In this document: positions 61,456 to 64,000 of the stretch, in pieces | How the letters are laid out: every line of letters starts with the position of its first letter | Numbering within the stretch: position 1 is the first letter of the stretch | Origin: Octopus bimaculoides | Taxonomy: Eukaryota | Assembly: GCF_001194135.2 (NCBI RefSeq) | Contig: NC_068996.1 | Coordinates: forward strand, 6,025,202 to 6,089,201 | Length of the DNA stretch: 64,000 nt | Direction: 5' to 3' | The notes under the pieces: generated by a model | Seen by the model: only the letters and a program-made list of their open reading frames with translations | Databases searched by the model: none | Told to the model about the DNA's origin: nothing | Made by a program: the position numbers and the translations under genes

Positions 61456-62794
61456 GTAAGTATTTCCAGTGTTTCTGATGATAAATTCTCTTAGAATATT
61501 ATTTATTTATCTATTGGTACAAGCATGGCTGTGGAATAAAAAGTTTGCTTTTTGAATCACAGAACTTCAGGTTCAGTTTCACCATGTAGCACCGTCAGCA
61601 AATGTCTTCTATTAAGGGTTCCAGGCTGACCAGAACCTTGTGAATGGATTTGGTGGAAGAAAACTGAAAGAAGTCCATCCTTTCCAGTTATTTCATCATG
61701 TTTAAACCATTAATCCATAAACTGGTTTTTAGCACCAGCGTGATCGTTACCAACGTCGCCTTCCTGGCACATGAAAAGACATTCGAGCGAGAGCATTGCC
61801 AGTGCCGATGGACTGGCTCCTGTGCAGGTGGCCGTTGCCAGTAGGAGTCCACACTACAAAGTGGTTGGTGTCAGTTGTAAAATCTCTACCAAAACAGACA
61901 GTGACCTAGAGTAGTTTTTCTACCTGGACAGCTCCTGTCACCCATCCTGCCCATGCATGCATGGCAGATGGACATTACTCGTGATTATGTGGTCATGAGT
62001 TCAGTTCCCAGTAGTATGTTGCATCCTTCAGCATGGCTCTTAAATTTACATTGTTCCAGTCCAATTAGCTGGGAAAAATGAGTAGAACCTTTATTTTGAA
62101 GGGTCAGCTTTGTAATTCTGTCATGTTGAATCTCCCTGAGAACTACATTAAAGGGTACGTATGTTTGTGGCGTGTTCAGTCAGTTATATAGTGTAAGAGA
62201 GAGAGAGAGATAGGCTTGGATATGTGATTAAGTAGTTCATTTCTCAACCACATTGTTCTGGGTTCAGTCCCACTGTGCATTAACTTTGGCAAATATCTTT
62301 TACGTAATTGAACCAAATTCGATGACTGGCACCCGTGCAAGTTGAACGCTAACAGCACCGTCCGAGCGTGATCATTGTCAGAGCAGCTGTCTGGTTTCTG
62401 TGCTAGTGGCATGTAAATAGCACCATTTGAGCGTAATCATTACCAGCGTCGCCTTACTGGCACGTGAAAAAAACATTCGGGCAAGGTCGTTGCCAGTGCC
62501 ACTGGACTGGCTCCTGTGCAGGTGACATGTAAAAAACACCATTTGAGCATGGTCGTTGCCAGTACCGCCTGACTGGCCTTCGTGCCGGTGGCACGTAAAA
62601 GCACCCACTACACTCTCGGAGTGGTTGGTGTTAGGAAGGGCATCCAACTGTAGAAACTCTGCCAAATCAGATTGGAGCCTGGTGTAGCCATCTGGTTTCA
62701 CCAGTCCTCAGTCAAATCGTCCAACCCATGCTAGCATGGAAAACGGACATTAAACGATGATGATGATGATTTTACTATATTTATTTTTTATCAG

Positions 62795-62909
62795 GTTATC
62801 TGGTGAGCTGAAAAAATCTCAAGAAAAAAGGGAAAAACTTCTAAAAGAGATAACTGAGAGTAAAGACTATCTTGATAGCATGCAACCAAAACTGAATTCC
62901 ATTCTTCAG
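62795..62909 (+). CDS. THOC5: THOC5 coding exon 7
   Basis: ttttatcag|...CAG|gtaaat. (E)LSGELKKSQEKREKLLKEITESKDYLDSMQPKLNSILQ. Confidence 0.94.
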
Positions 62910-63868
62910 GTAAATTATGTAATATATTTATTTTAATTTTTTGTTTTGAATTTTTTTTTCTTTTTTCTGTTTAGCATCATTGAAAGTAGCTTGAAGACGT
63001 TGCTGTGGGAGATCTGTGAATGTAAAGAATCCAAGTTAGAAAGAGGGACAGCTCCAAGGAGACCCAACAAAGGGATCAGTTATTTAAGTTGACAGCTGTA
63101 CAATAGATATCACAATTCAGGGTATATTGGCAGGAAAAGTAGCTGGAGTATTAAGGATAATCTCTGAGATCCTGAAGATATCTGGTAAAGAAAAACATCT
63201 CTTAGTCATTTGCATTAGTTAGCCAGGTAATGCAGGAAGATGTCTCTTACCTAGTGATTGGCATGGTATCGTTGTCAATTAACCCTTTAGTATTCATATT
63301 ATTGTCAAATGTAATACTTATATAACCCTAACCCTACACTTTTGGAGTCGTTGGCGTTAGGAAGGGCATCCAGCTGTAGAAACTGCCAAATCAGATTGGA
63401 GCCTGGTGCAGCCATCTGGTCTCACCAGTCCTCAGTCAAATTGTCCAACTCATGCTAGCATGGAAAGCGGACGTTAAACGATGATGATGATGATGATGCT
63501 CTCTCAAATGCCAATCACTTCAGTGTGGACTGGATGCCTTTTATGTGGCACCAGCACTGACAGGGTCACCAAGTAACATGCAAGACAAGGAATTATGAGA
63601 GGAGGGAGACATTGTAGGAGGGGATCTTGTGTCAGATGATGAAAGGTTAGAGAGGCAGAAACAGGTGTCTTGTTATAGAGGAGGTACATGGTTACCTGGC
63701 CAGAGAGAGAGAAAGAGAGGTGACAAGAAAGAGGACAGAAACATTTAGACTAATTATTATTAAGTACTATATGATAATATTGCATCATATCTTGTTTGCT
63801 TTTCTTTTCTTTTTAAATTCTAAAACTTTTTTTAAGATTTTTATAATTTCAAAATTCCTGTAATTCAG

Positions 63869-64000
63869 GCTACAAAACCAGTCCAGGAATATCTCAACAT
63901 GCCATTTGATGAAATTCGACAAAAACATCGAGCTGCACGCCATCTTCCACAACCATTATATGTCTTATTCATGCAAGCTAGTTCCTATCAAGAAGCTTGT
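63869..64000 (+). CDS. THOC5: THOC5 coding exon 8 (runs off the window end)
   Basis: taattcag| then [44 protein letters not shown], matching human PVQEYLFMPFD...ARHLPPPLYVLFVQA. Confidence 0.95.

Overview
AT-rich, repeat-dense animal genomic DNA with six assembly gaps. The repeat families suggest a coleoid cephalopod (Octopus-like); this is inference from repeat content only. I reconstructed two intron-containing genes by hand, neither of which is visible in the ORF track, and they lie head-to-head. LYRM9 is on the minus strand and complete: 3 coding exons (33817-33695, 27510-27418, 22715-22704), 75 aa. THOC5 is on the plus strand: 8 coding exons from 37948 (exon 1 tentative) to the window end, continuing beyond it. 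The first ~13.2 kb is a decayed array of about 20 copies of a unit whose translation resembles a terminal ankyrin repeat; the array flips orientation near 11 kb, next to a CpG-rich island containing a hairpin. The rest is transposon debris (Tx1/L1, RTE, RLE-type LINE, Penelope, gypsy, piggyBac, hAT, Tigger, mariner, maT, Helentron-type), tRNA-derived SINEs, palindromic MITEs and microsatellites. No prokaryotic system or CRISPR array is present. Family assignments come from recalled motifs, not database searches, and repeat boundaries are approximate.
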